Source: Syntrophorhabdaceae bacterium (GTDB lineage Bacteria; Desulfobacterota; Syntrophorhabdia; Syntrophorhabdales; Syntrophorhabdaceae). Taken from it: DNA of 64,000 nucleotides. Positions 10,900 to 19,779 of the stretch are shown here, one piece after another (position 1 is the stretch's first letter; each line of letters opens with the position of its first letter). The position numbers and the translations under genes are program-made. The notes under the pieces were generated by a model that had not been told where the DNA came from, ran no database searches, and was given only the letters and a program-made list of their open reading frames with translations. The stretch spans positions 1,856,001 through 1,920,000 of the forward strand of contig OY762209.1 of the NCBI GenBank assembly GCA_963665295.1. The letters run 5' to 3'.

Positions 10900-11111
10900 C
10901 TGTTCCTCCTACGTGCGCAATAGATATGATATTCACTACCACTACTTGCTGAAGTATAGCAAGGAATAATCCGAGATGCTCGGTTTTAGGAAGCAATATG
11001 GATGAGGACATGCGGAGTCCGACAGATTGAATCCCGGCTTTTACATACGCTAAATTGCCATCTTTTTGCTAAAGTGATTTGCGTGCAAGTCCTACTTACA
11101 GGCACAGGGCC

Positions 11112-11130
11112 ATTAGGGACGCTCATTGAA
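11112..11130 (-). repeat. REP-like repeat, inverted copy
   Basis: ATTAGGGACGCTCATTGAA is the exact reverse complement of 11900-11918. Confidence 0.75.
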
Positions 11131-11175
11131 ATATTAAATGCTCTTTTCTCGTCATGCCAGCGCCAGCTTCTCACG

Positions 11176-11220
11176 CCCTGTTTCTCAAAAATATGATAAT
11201 TCGATGAGCTTCCCTAATCC
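11176..11220 (+). repeat. 45 bp direct repeat, copy 1
   Basis: CCCTGTTTCTCAAAAATATGATAATTCGATGAGCTTCCCTAATCC; 40/45 identical to 11876-11920. Confidence 0.8.
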
Positions 11221-11229
11221 CTCCCCTTT

Positions 11230-11826
11230 TCAATGGGGAATTGATGTCAGTAACATATTTATGGCCCACGACCCCATCGCCTCTTGCTCTACAAGAAAGA
11301 TGTTCCCATAGTCAAGGTCCCATATATAACGGTTTGGCGTCTTCGATCGTTGAGTTGGTGTGCCGAGCCGTGATGCAAGAACCTTGGAAGTCTTCTCGAA
11401 TACCCGGTGGGCTTCGGTTTGCTTATCGGTTATATACTGAAGCGTCAATTTATATATCTTTCCGTCGATGGCACCAACTACCAGATACCAACGATACTGA
11501 TTGAAAGTTACTTGTGGGCCGCTGAAAACCTGTTCGCCCGCTATGCCTTTCCCGCCCTGAGAAGACCATAAAGCGGCATACTCATTCGGCGTCAACTCCA
11601 CTAAACCGCGAGCAGTTTTGACGTCTTGGCCGAAGCGATACTCTCCGATCTTGTCGATCATGTCCGCCCCATGACAAAGAATGGAGACCTGCATAATGAT
11701 CAAGCAAGCTGTTAAAACCCTCAGTGCCTTCAAGCCGCACCTCCCAATTGAATTTTCTCTTTGGAGATAGATTATACCACATACCAATGATCTTTTTTCC
11801 GCAAAAGCAATGTGGGTACCGCTCAA
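11230..11826 (-). CDS. Hypothetical exported protein
   Basis: 198 aa ORF with an internal signal-like hydrophobic stretch, so the true start is probably downstream. Lies between two direct repeats. Confidence 0.55.
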   Translation of the reverse strand: MSGTHIAFAEKRSLVCGIIYLQRENSIGRCGLKALRVLTACLIIMQVSILCHGADMIDKIGEYRFGQDVKTARGLVELTPNEYAALWSSQGGKGIAGEQVFSGPQVTFNQYRWYLVVGAIDGKIYKLTLQYITDKQTEAHRVFEKTSKVLASRLGTPTQRSKTPNRYIWDLDYGNIFLVEQEAMGSWAINMLLTSIPH

Positions 11827-11875
11827 TATTTTCCCTAATTGCAGACCACTCGGAAGACGACACCTCTAGAGAGCC

Positions 11876-11920
11876 CCCTGTTTCTCAAGAATCTGGTAAT
11901 TCAATGAGCGTCCCTAATCC
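11876..11920 (+). repeat. 45 bp direct repeat, copy 2
   Basis: CCCTGTTTCTCAAGAATCTGGTAATTCAATGAGCGTCCCTAATCC, exactly 700 bp from copy 1. Confidence 0.8.
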
Positions 11921-11943
11921 TCCTAATCCTCCCCCATTTCCTG

Positions 11944-12420
11944 ATGGAGACCGGCTCGAGAGTGGGCGAAGCCTGGGCGCTCAAAGTGAAAGACCTTGAC
12001 GTGAAACAACTGAAGGCAATTATAAGGCGAACGTGGAGCCGTACAAAGCTGGTGGAAACGACGAAAGGAAGAAACAAGCCGCCCGTCTATCTTTCGGACA
12101 AGACTTACGAGATAGCGAAGCGAAACATGGAAGGGAAGTTCGGAGAGGATTTTGTTTTACCAATTCGTTCACTGGTCGCGGATACACACAGGAATGCTTG
12201 CGGAAGAGATGGCGTAGGCACACCGATGCAGCCGTCACGCCCAAAGAGGCTACGCGACATTCCTGCTGCACGCAGATAGCGGAAAGCGGACAGCGTTAAG
12301 GACACACCCTCCAGACACAACAACTGATGCGCCATGCCGATCTCAGGAGCACACGGAAGTATTTTCACGGTACCGAGAGGAGCATGAAGGAAATTATGAA
12401 CCAGCGGGGAAGGTGGGAAA
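11944..12420 (+). pseudogene. Tyrosine recombinase/integrase C-terminal fragment, frameshifted
   Basis: METGSRVGEAWALKVKD (box I Arg), then in other frames ATRHSCCTQIAESG and QLMRHADLRSTRKY (His and catalytic Tyr). N-terminus absent. Confidence 0.8.
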
Positions 12421-12438
12421 CTCCAGTCAATCTTCCTC

Positions 12439-12467
12439 TTGGACGCCCGTAATTTTTGTATTATAAT
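12439..12467 (+). promoter_or_regulatory. Sigma70-like promoter of the MNT-HEPN operon
   Basis: TTGGAC-N17-TATAAT ending 5 nt before ATG 12473. Confidence 0.55.
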
Positions 12468-12472
12468 CTATC

Positions 12473-12802
12473 ATGCCCATATTAACCCTCAGAGAACCCG
12501 AGAGGAAGATGCTTGTTGCGCGTAAAACGGCGCTCTTCGAGAAAGCGAAGCGTACAGGCGAGTATTTGCGAAGCTTGGGGGCAAAGGAGGTTTACCTCTT
12601 CGGCTCTATCACCAGGGATGACTTCCGCCCTCATTCGGACGTGGACATAGCCGTTTCGGGCCTTCCCTATGAATTCATCTACACCGTGGAAGCGAGGATC
12701 GCCGATATTCTCGGCACTGATGACTTCGACCTCGTGTATCTTGAGTATACAAAAGAGCGGGTAAGAAATAGGATACTTGAGCAGGGGGTCAAAGTTTGTT
12801 AG
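12473..12802 (+). CDS. Minimal nucleotidyltransferase (MNT) antitoxin
   Basis: VYLFGS...SDVDIAV motif and DLV; overlaps the downstream HEPN gene. Confidence 0.85.
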   Translation: MPILTLREPERKMLVARKTALFEKAKRTGEYLRSLGAKEVYLFGSITRDDFRPHSDVDIAVSGLPYEFIYTVEARIADILGTDDFDLVYLEYTKERVRNRILEQGVKVC

Positions 12803-13275
12803 CCGTTTTTCAGGATGTTCAGATAGAACTGGAGGAACTCAGAGAAGAAGTTGAACGGCTGAAAATTAAGAAGAAATTGTACAGAAAAGCGGTGGACGCC
12901 GACGTTGAGATTGCCGATTCGCATATGCGGGCCATGGCTTCTTTTATTCATGACATATACACCGGCATGGAAAAGCTCCTTGAAGGTTTGGTGAAGTACT
13001 TCGATGGTCAACTCCCGGCAGGTGAAGACTGGCACCGTAAATTGCTTGCAAGGGCCGGTTTTCCCAATGAGAATGCCCGGCCCGCGATAATATCCGATGA
13101 CACAGGCAAAATCCTTGACGAATTGAGGAGCTTCCGTCATGTTTTCCGGAACAGATACTTAAGCAACCTCATCCCTAAACGGGTCGATGATCTGGCGGGT
13201 GAGACAATAAGTGCCTTTGAGGCATTCCAAGAGGACATACGCAAATTTATAGCAGCTGTTAAGTCGGAGCATTAA
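12796..13275 (+). CDS. HEPN-domain (HepT-like) toxin
   Basis: IHDIYTGMEK, GEDWH, LDELRSFRHVFRNRY; paired with the MNT gene. Confidence 0.8.
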   Translation: MLAVFQDVQIELEELREEVERLKIKKKLYRKAVDADVEIADSHMRAMASFIHDIYTGMEKLLEGLVKYFDGQLPAGEDWHRKLLARAGFPNENARPAIISDDTGKILDELRSFRHVFRNRYLSNLIPKRVDDLAGETISAFEAFQEDIRKFIAAVKSEH

Positions 13276-13409
13276 CTGCCGGGCCAGATCAACGAATAAC
13301 AAAGCCGTCTTTTCCTGGCAGTATTCGCAGACCTCCCCGCGTCAAGAAGGTCTTTTCAATCCCTATAAACGCTTCACACGACATATGCAGCCAGGGTGGC
13401 CATTAGGCC

Positions 13410-13424
13410 CTTCCTGCACGTAAT
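13410..13424 (+). repeat. Bipartite site family, tail-only copy
   Basis: CTTCCTGCACGTAAT, identical to 13501-13515 and followed by a similar GG.TAAATTC. Confidence 0.65.
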
Positions 13425-13456
13425 GGTTAAATTCTGAGGCGAAAGCATTTCTGCTG

Positions 13457-13515
13457 TTCTTCCTGAAGTCTACACTCCATCCCGTTTCACCTACATAGCA
13501 CTTCCTGCACGTAAT
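13457..13515 (+). repeat. Bipartite site family, copy A
   Basis: TTCTTCCTGAAGTCTACAC...CTTCCTGCACGTAAT; 51 nt offset from the T of TGAAG to the end of the tail. Confidence 0.7.
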
Positions 13516-13700
13516 CGGTAAATTCCCCATGAAAACATTTCACCTTTCCTGTAACGGAGTTTTGTGAATTCTTCTGGACATCCCGCGCTACAAGTGATAA
13601 GGGATACCCTAGAGTCAATTTTGGCTAACGCAGCAGGCAAACGAAGGCGCGGGCGCTCAACGATCCCCTGTCTTGGCTGCCGCAAGCGCGCGGAGAGCTC

Positions 13701-14963
13701 ATGGGTTGCGATGTGTTGCTGAGCGAGATAACAGACTTCTATTCGAAGTCACGTGATTACAACGGGATCCCCATTTCCTCTCTCGTCAGACCCCACGGAG
13801 AAATGAAGGTGAGAAGCTGCTTGTCCCAACTCATCAGTGATGGGCTAGTGTCTGTTGTATTCGGCGATTACCACCCTAACCCACACATAAAAGCTCTTCC
13901 CCCAGAACCCGAAGCAGAGCAGCGCGAGAAACTTGATACACCCCGCTTCCAACGCGCATGCGCGTACCCAACTGCCAAGCACCTAACAACAGTAGTCGAT
14001 CCGGCCGCTTTCAGCGACAGACCATTCAACTTGTCTCTGGCGCTTGGGGAGCCACAGTTAACATACAAGAGTTTCGACTTATCGATACTAGAGATATATC
14101 GTAACGATCCGCGTTACCACTATAGCTACGACGACATTCACGGTTGGATTAGCGTCACGAGCGAGTTCTTCGAGACAGACAGGATGAAGGACTCAGACCA
14201 GGTGCTCCTAGAGTCTTTCGGTTTTTGTTTCGATAAGGAGAACAACGTCTACGTGGCTGCATTTCTCAGATACTTGTCAGGCCTTAGCCCTGAGCACCAA
14301 CTTATATGGGCTTCAAAGAAGGTCAGCAACGAAACGTACTTGCATCCAGATTACCATCGGACATCGATAATCGGCGATTGGCCTGAACGACTCTCCCTGT
14401 ATCAGGCCGTTCTGGCGGAGATGAAGGCGATAAATGATATCTGTGCAGCCATCGGACGTAAATCTTTCTTCAAAAACGACTTCGCCGAGGGCAGACGGCC
14501 ACGTGAGTTCGGGTATCTGCTCCGCCCGACGTTGAAGGAATACAACGAATTTATCCACCTTCTCGACAAAATGCTATCCGAGAATATTAACAGAGAGTTT
14601 TTCGGACATGATGTTTCTTTTGAGAGAGAAGAAGAAAGAGGTGACGGAAAGATTATTGTAAGGCAAAAGGGGACAATTCAGATACTGACTGATTGGCTAA
14701 GAAGTTGCTTTAAGACCAATGACTGGTCAGAAATTGAAGAAATGCTTCAGACGCTCCGAGATGTTAGGAAGTTGCGTCAAAAGCCAGCTCACTCGATAAA
14801 AGAGAACGAGTTCGACCAACAGTACATTCGTGAACAGCGGGAGGTCATGAAGCAAGTTTACCGTGCAGTCATGATTTTGCGCGTTGCGTTGGCGTTGCAT
14901 CCTTCGGCCTCCGAGATCAGGATTCCCAGGCAGCTAACGGATAGCCTTATATGGGCAGTGTAA
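13701..14963 (+). CDS. Conserved hypothetical protein with a C-terminal HEPN-like RxxxxH motif (candidate defence effector)
   Basis: 420 aa ORF. VRKLRQKPAH lies in a helical C-terminus. No Walker A motif seen. Confidence 0.65.
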   Translation: MGCDVLLSEITDFYSKSRDYNGIPISSLVRPHGEMKVRSCLSQLISDGLVSVVFGDYHPNPHIKALPPEPEAEQREKLDTPRFQRACAYPTAKHLTTVVDPAAFSDRPFNLSLALGEPQLTYKSFDLSILEIYRNDPRYHYSYDDIHGWISVTSEFFETDRMKDSDQVLLESFGFCFDKENNVYVAAFLRYLSGLSPEHQLIWASKKVSNETYLHPDYHRTSIIGDWPERLSLYQAVLAEMKAINDICAAIGRKSFFKNDFAEGRRPREFGYLLRPTLKEYNEFIHLLDKMLSENINREFFGHDVSFEREEERGDGKIIVRQKGTIQILTDWLRSCFKTNDWSEIEEMLQTLRDVRKLRQKPAHSIKENEFDQQYIREQREVMKQVYRAVMILRVALALHPSASEIRIPRQLTDSLIWAV

Positions 14964-15117
14964 GTGGTAGGGGCTAGCGCAAGGCGCTCCACGCGGACAC
15001 CGCCTGGCGGCTCTCTCAAGCTTGATGGGACAAAAGGGTCGGCACCCGACATGAGACAACCATGAAGCGGCTTCTCTCTGACCCTCGATGTAAAGGCCAG
15101 AACAGACGGGGGTGTGA

Positions 15118-15588
15118 ATGAAAAAGTTTGTGTGGGACACATCTGCAATCATAAACATTAAAGAGCCGAATTCAGAGGGCTATTCACCCGGTCACAGCCT
15201 AATTAAAGACCTTTCTGATGGATGGATCCGCGGGCCATATCAGAATATATTCCCATCTTTGGCAGTTTTCGAGGTGTCCGCTACGGTCTCTCGAATGCAT
15301 CGCGAAGGCAAAAGAATATTGAGAGAATTCTACCTACTGGATGAAAAGTCAATATTGTATGACGTTGATAGGGGTCTTATTCTCAAGAGTCATGATCTTC
15401 ATGCTAAACAGGGCTTTGATCAACTAAAAGGAGCAGATTTGGTTTTTGCATGTATTGCCTATATTGAAGATGCTTATCTCGTAACGCTAGACAAACAGCT
15501 TGGAAGAAGCATATCAAGACATGTTAAAATCATAGATCTAAACGATAGTCGTGATTTGCCGGAATATAGACAATTATTTGAGCCCTAA
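15118..15588 (+). CDS. PIN-domain (VapC-like) nuclease, no adjacent antitoxin
   Basis: FVWDTSAII, FEV, LKGADLVF, LVTLD acidic PIN residues. Confidence 0.8.
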   Translation: MKKFVWDTSAIINIKEPNSEGYSPGHSLIKDLSDGWIRGPYQNIFPSLAVFEVSATVSRMHREGKRILREFYLLDEKSILYDVDRGLILKSHDLHAKQGFDQLKGADLVFACIAYIEDAYLVTLDKQLGRSISRHVKIIDLNDSRDLPEYRQLFEP

Positions 15589-15606
15589 CCGAATACCAAC
15601 CATGGA

Positions 15607-18096
15607 TTAAGGTAGACAACACTTCTTGTATTTCTTCCCACTGCCGCAAGGACATGGATCATTTCTGCCTATTCCGCCGCGGTTCTGCATGGCTTTCTCT
15701 ATCCTTTTTCTTCTTAAACTCTCTGCTCGAATTTTCAGTCGTTCAAGCTTTGCATCAGGAATATCTTCAAGGCTAATAAAATCAAAATCGACAGCAATGA
15801 GATCTCGCGCTAAATTAAAGGTTAGTTCGACTAGTAGCCGTTCTTGATCTCCGGTAACCAGCATGGCCGTCTGTACGTGTTCTAATGCAAGTCTCTTATC
15901 TCGTTCTAATAACTGCTCTTGCCAGCAAAACACCGTAATCTTTACGTCGCCATAGGTTGAGAGTGCTCTTGCCCGACCTGATACTGATTGTTCTTTCAAC
16001 ACCTCATCTATTCCCGACCAAATAGTAGTTCGCCATGATCCCTCACAATCGAGAAGCATGCTTGATACCTTTCTTCGGTAGCTTTGAGTACTTGTTGACA
16101 AAAAATCTATGATCTCTTTTAGGCGGACAGGTAGCTCCTGCCTAAGAGAGCATGTTGCGTCTGGATCATGTAGTTTATGGGTAAAATAATGGTCGATATC
16201 TACTCGATATCCGTTCCACAACAATTCTCGGTCAAAACCAAACTGTTTTACGTATTCGGTGTAAATATTATGTTTGAGGTATAAACCGAGATGATCAAGT
16301 TCATCTTCCGTTTTAATCAAATTCGATTGAAATGCCCGTACCCTTTGTTCAACAAAATGCAAGAAAATAAGAGGGTTATCAAAGATGTCGGTGTAAACTC
16401 GTAAATCGTCTATTGAGATTGACCATTGAGGATATTGACCCACATTTACGCCAATCTTCTTTAGATGCTGCGCCTGTGAAGCAAGCTCAGTAAACGCGTC
16501 AAGCGTAACTGCACATACCGTAACGTGCTCAAACTCATTTCTCGCGATTGTTCCGATAAAATCATGGTTTTTGTCGAAGAGATCTACTTTGACATCGCTT
16601 TCGAGGTATTCCAAGAAGCGTCCTCCCTGTTCAGCTGGCTTGAAGACCAGATTTCGTAGCGACTCAATATATGCTGAAAAATCCGTCGCAGGGGGCGTAT
16701 ATGTAAATGCTCCGGCCTTTACTTCGACGATAAAGAGATGGTCTTCATAAATTAATATGGCATCTACCTCGCACCACTGTAAACTATTACCGGATCCCGT
16801 GTGCCAACGATAGTATACGGGGCGATAAGTCTGAGCCCCAGGAAGCAGCTTGACAAAAAGCTCTATAGGAATCCGCTCGGATACATCCTGTTGCTTGTTG
16901 TTCCATATTGCCCGATACTCTGGTTTCCTTTTTAATATGATTCGCTGCATAGTTCTATAGAAGTTATCAAAGAGGTTATAAAGTTCAAAACAATAATTTT
17001 GTCCATTGATCTTAATGAAAGGGCGTTTAAAGATGGGCCATATTCGGAGAGGCCATGCTTTGTATTCGCCTTCTGCAAAAAACTCGGTATCTTGTCCTGG
17101 CTCCCACGACAATTCGTTCAGTAGCGCCTCTGGCAGATCTGTGATCTTCGCGAGATTGAATAGATCCAACCCGCAGAGTCTTCCGGACACGTGTTCTCGC
17201 CAATCTTCCCCGTAATTTTCACGGATGATTCGTCGCATGGCGTCAGGAAGGTCCCCTTCTTGATCATTTCCCAACGTCCCTCTTTTTTCCTCCAGTTTGG
17301 CGATTACAACCTCTCGACACTTCACCAATTCTTCCAGTACATTCCCCAAGCCCATTGTCAGCGAATCTTGAATTCGTTGAAGTGCCGAAAGAAGTTTCTC
17401 AACATTGATACCAAACAATTCCTGTAGAATATCGTTGTGGGGTGAAAGGACATCACGGAGAAACGGAATATTGTGTGCGCTGTAGCGATGTCCGCGGATG
17501 TTGCACCAGTAAATTTGAGCTTTGTAAAAATACTCTTCAAAATCAGGGTCATAATCAGGGTCATTCTTACGAGCGACAGCCGTACGACAAATTTGGTAAT
17601 CCATGTTTAGTTTGGAAAACAAACCGCCTACTAACGCTCTAGTCTCTTCCCACTGTTCTTCGGTTACTGCCTCTTCAATGACTTCGGCTGGCTGTGCCGA
17701 GGCTATGATGCTTTGCAAATAATCCACCATTCTAAGAGAGAGTGCGCCATCTTGGTCAATATCGCTTTCACTCTTTATGTTGAGATGATGCCCCGCCATT
17801 TCCCAGTAGCCCCTTTTGAGCACTTCATCTGGTGGAAGTTTTCTGACTATCTCAACAATACGGAAAATTGCGTCGTTAATTTCTTGACAAACTTCTGGAA
17901 AATGCTCGATGAGTTTTTCCTGCGCCTCCTCGAACTGTTCGCCGGACATCCGGTTTCTGGCCACCAGCAGAGTGCCGAAACGAGCCATTTCGAATGCCCC
18001 GTGGGAAAAATAGTCGTCAGCGGATACTGGCTTCTTTTTTGCTACGAGTTCCGAAACTCTATGCTTAGCGCGTGCCTTCTTTCCCATGAGTAGCAT
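15607..18096 (-). CDS. Large protein with a NERD/PD-(D/E)xK nuclease domain and a C-terminal SEC-C motif
   Basis: CEVDAILIYEDHLFIVEVKAG (D...ExK); C-terminal GRNDPCPCGSGKKYKKCC. Confidence 0.8.
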   Translation of the reverse strand: MLLMGKKARAKHRVSELVAKKKPVSADDYFSHGAFEMARFGTLLVARNRMSGEQFEEAQEKLIEHFPEVCQEINDAIFRIVEIVRKLPPDEVLKRGYWEMAGHHLNIKSESDIDQDGALSLRMVDYLQSIIASAQPAEVIEEAVTEEQWEETRALVGGLFSKLNMDYQICRTAVARKNDPDYDPDFEEYFYKAQIYWCNIRGHRYSAHNIPFLRDVLSPHNDILQELFGINVEKLLSALQRIQDSLTMGLGNVLEELVKCREVVIAKLEEKRGTLGNDQEGDLPDAMRRIIRENYGEDWREHVSGRLCGLDLFNLAKITDLPEALLNELSWEPGQDTEFFAEGEYKAWPLRIWPIFKRPFIKINGQNYCFELYNLFDNFYRTMQRIILKRKPEYRAIWNNKQQDVSERIPIELFVKLLPGAQTYRPVYYRWHTGSGNSLQWCEVDAILIYEDHLFIVEVKAGAFTYTPPATDFSAYIESLRNLVFKPAEQGGRFLEYLESDVKVDLFDKNHDFIGTIARNEFEHVTVCAVTLDAFTELASQAQHLKKIGVNVGQYPQWSISIDDLRVYTDIFDNPLIFLHFVEQRVRAFQSNLIKTEDELDHLGLYLKHNIYTEYVKQFGFDRELLWNGYRVDIDHYFTHKLHDPDATCSLRQELPVRLKEIIDFLSTSTQSYRRKVSSMLLDCEGSWRTTIWSGIDEVLKEQSVSGRARALSTYGDVKITVFCWQEQLLERDKRLALEHVQTAMLVTGDQERLLVELTFNLARDLIAVDFDFISLEDIPDAKLERLKIRAESLRRKRIEKAMQNRGGIGRNDPCPCGSGKKYKKCCLP

Positions 18097-18304
18097 TCAC
18101 CGATCTTAGAGATATTGTATAATATTCTTTGACGACATTATAGCAAAGGAAAGAGAGCAACACCCATAGGGGCCCTTCATACAAAGTGAACTTTTGGTCC
18201 TAAAGCCAGTACATGTTACGTTCCTATCATTTTTGTCCTATGGCGCATGTCTCACACCTTTCCTTCGATGATGTGCAACCATTCGAAAAAGGTCCATCAT
18301 CGAC

Positions 18305-18362
18305 TTGTTGTGAAGTTCACGCACAACCCTCTCTTGACCCCGTGGCTCTTTCTGCACGTAAT
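18305..18362 (+). repeat. Bipartite site family, copy B
   Basis: TTGTTGTGAAGTTCAC...CCCTCTCTTGACCCC...CTTTCTGCACGTAAT; 51 nt offset. Confidence 0.7.
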
Positions 18363-18392
18363 CCGCAGGTTCTCATGAGAAATCATTTTTGT

Positions 18393-19270
18393 TGTCAACG
18401 GTCTTTTCAATTTGAGCCATTTTCGGTCGTCAAGACTGAGCCACCCGCCCTTACGCCCAACTCCTTTTCTTCCACCTCCTGTCCGATCTTTCCCCTAAGC
18501 CTGTAACTGTTTCCTTTCATGTTGATCACCACGCTGTGATGGAGGAGGCGATCAAGGAAGGCGGTTACAATGACCGGGTCCTGGAAGAGCTCCGTCCAGT
18601 CCGAGAAGGCCTTATTGGAGGTAATGATGGTGCTGGCCTTTTCGTACCGGTTGGCGATGAAGCGGAAGAAGAGATTGCATTCTTCCCTGTCGATGGGCGT
18701 ATAACCTACCTCGTCCACGATCACGAGCGCCGACTTGCGGTAGGCCCTCGCTCTTCCCTTGCCGCCGGACGCACGGTCCTTTTTCAACTTCCCGATGAGG
18801 TCCTCCATGGTAGTAAAGTAGATGCTCAATCCTGCCTGGCACGCCTTTACCGCGAGGGATACCGCCAAGTGGGTCTTCCCGATGCCGGGAGGGCCGAGAA
18901 AGATCACATTGTCCTTCTGCCGGACAAAGGTCAGGTCAAAGAGGGCCATGATCTTCTGTCGATCCAATGTGGGTTGGAAGGCGAAGTCGAACTCATCGAT
19001 GCTCTTGACAAAGGGAAGGCCCGATATCTTCAAAGATGTCTCCACTCTCCTTTGCTCCCTTGAGGCGACCTCCTCTTCAAGGAGTTCATCAAGAAATCTG
19101 AGATAACTCTTCCCCTCATCCTCCGATACCCGTATTGCCCTTTCCAGGATGGTGCCCATATGGGAGAGCTTCAGTCGCGTGAGACTCCCCTGAATTCGGT
19201 CAAAGACGAAGGTATCGTTCATATGGCCACCGCATCATAAAAAGACGGGGACCGTACTTCCAGGAGGCTA
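18393..19270 (-). mobile_element. IS21-family remnant: one end, intact istB, last codons of istA
   Basis: End TGTCAACGG with internal TGAGCCA repeats. istA tail SLLEVRSPSFYDAVAI* overlaps the istB start. The rest of istA is absent. Confidence 0.75.
18407..19222 (-). CDS. istB: IS21 helper ATPase IstB
   Basis: FDFAFQP, GPPGIGKTHLA, IVDEVGY, RYEKASTIITSN, LDRLLHH, GNSYR. Confidence 0.95.
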   Translation of the reverse strand: MNDTFVFDRIQGSLTRLKLSHMGTILERAIRVSEDEGKSYLRFLDELLEEEVASREQRRVETSLKISGLPFVKSIDEFDFAFQPTLDRQKIMALFDLTFVRQKDNVIFLGPPGIGKTHLAVSLAVKACQAGLSIYFTTMEDLIGKLKKDRASGGKGRARAYRKSALVIVDEVGYTPIDREECNLFFRFIANRYEKASTIITSNKAFSDWTELFQDPVIVTAFLDRLLHHSVVINMKGNSYRLRGKIGQEVEEKELGVRAGGSVLTTENGSN

Positions 19271-19303
19271 TAGGGACGTCCAAGGAGGCTATAGGGACGT
19301 CCA
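19262..19303 (+). repeat. Perfect 21 bp tandem duplication (REP-like GGGACGTCC core)
   Basis: AGGAGGCTATAGGGACGTCCA x2. Related hairpin GGGACGTCC-TTCAA-GGATGTCCC at 19498-19520. Confidence 0.8.
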
Positions 19304-19440
19304 TGAAAGGATTAAATTGTCTGCGGTTTGCAGAAAAACAAAGGTTTAGGCGTTGAAGAAATCCTTAATGATGCCACCCTTTAACTGTTTCTTCTCGTAA
19401 ATCATTGCCGAGTCAAAGCAGTCCGTGCTCGACTTATAGG

Positions 19441-19487
19441 TCAAGTTCACACTAAAGCCCTGTCTCGGCCCCTTAACGCTTTCTATG
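19441..19487 (+). repeat. Bipartite site family, truncated copy I
   Basis: TCAAGTTCAC...CCCTGTCTCGGCCCC...CTTTCTATG aligns with copy B throughout. The tail is cut off by a GGGAC element. Confidence 0.55.
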
Positions 19488-19779
19488 AGGGGCTACCGGG
19501 ACGTCCTTCAAGGATGTCCCCATTGATTGAACAAGTAAGCGGGAAACCGTGAATGTCAATATTTCACCGCCGCCCCGTCCCCATTAGATCCTGAAGTCAG
19601 GGGTCAAGAAGTCCGCCGTCGATCATTGCGATATCCTGAGAGAGAAGATAAGCCCCGCCCCAGTCCGGCTCTATGAGGAGATCAACAAAGAATAGAGCCG
19701 GACTGCGGTTTTGCTTGCCTTTTTTCCCCGATTCGGACCATAATAATCCAAAAATAAGACCGAAGAGCGAGGTATTTTT

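Noticed and set aside
12403..12418. Third degenerate tRNA-Ser att copy (AGCGGGGAAGGTGGGA, 14/16 match)
   Set aside because: Short, purine-rich and within the integrase C-terminal coding remnant; chance cannot be excluded.
13410..13515. CRISPR array or Xer dif sites for the CTGCACGTAAT repeats
   Set aside because: There is no regular repeat-spacer periodicity and no cas genes. The tail resembles a XerC arm, but no XerD arm (TTATGTTAAAT) follows at 6 bp.
13701..14963. AAA ATPase
   Set aside because: No Walker A/B motif visible; the only recognisable motif is the HEPN-like RxxxxH.
15607..18096. secA
   Set aside because: Only the SEC-C motif is shared; no SecA DEAD-like ATPase motifs.
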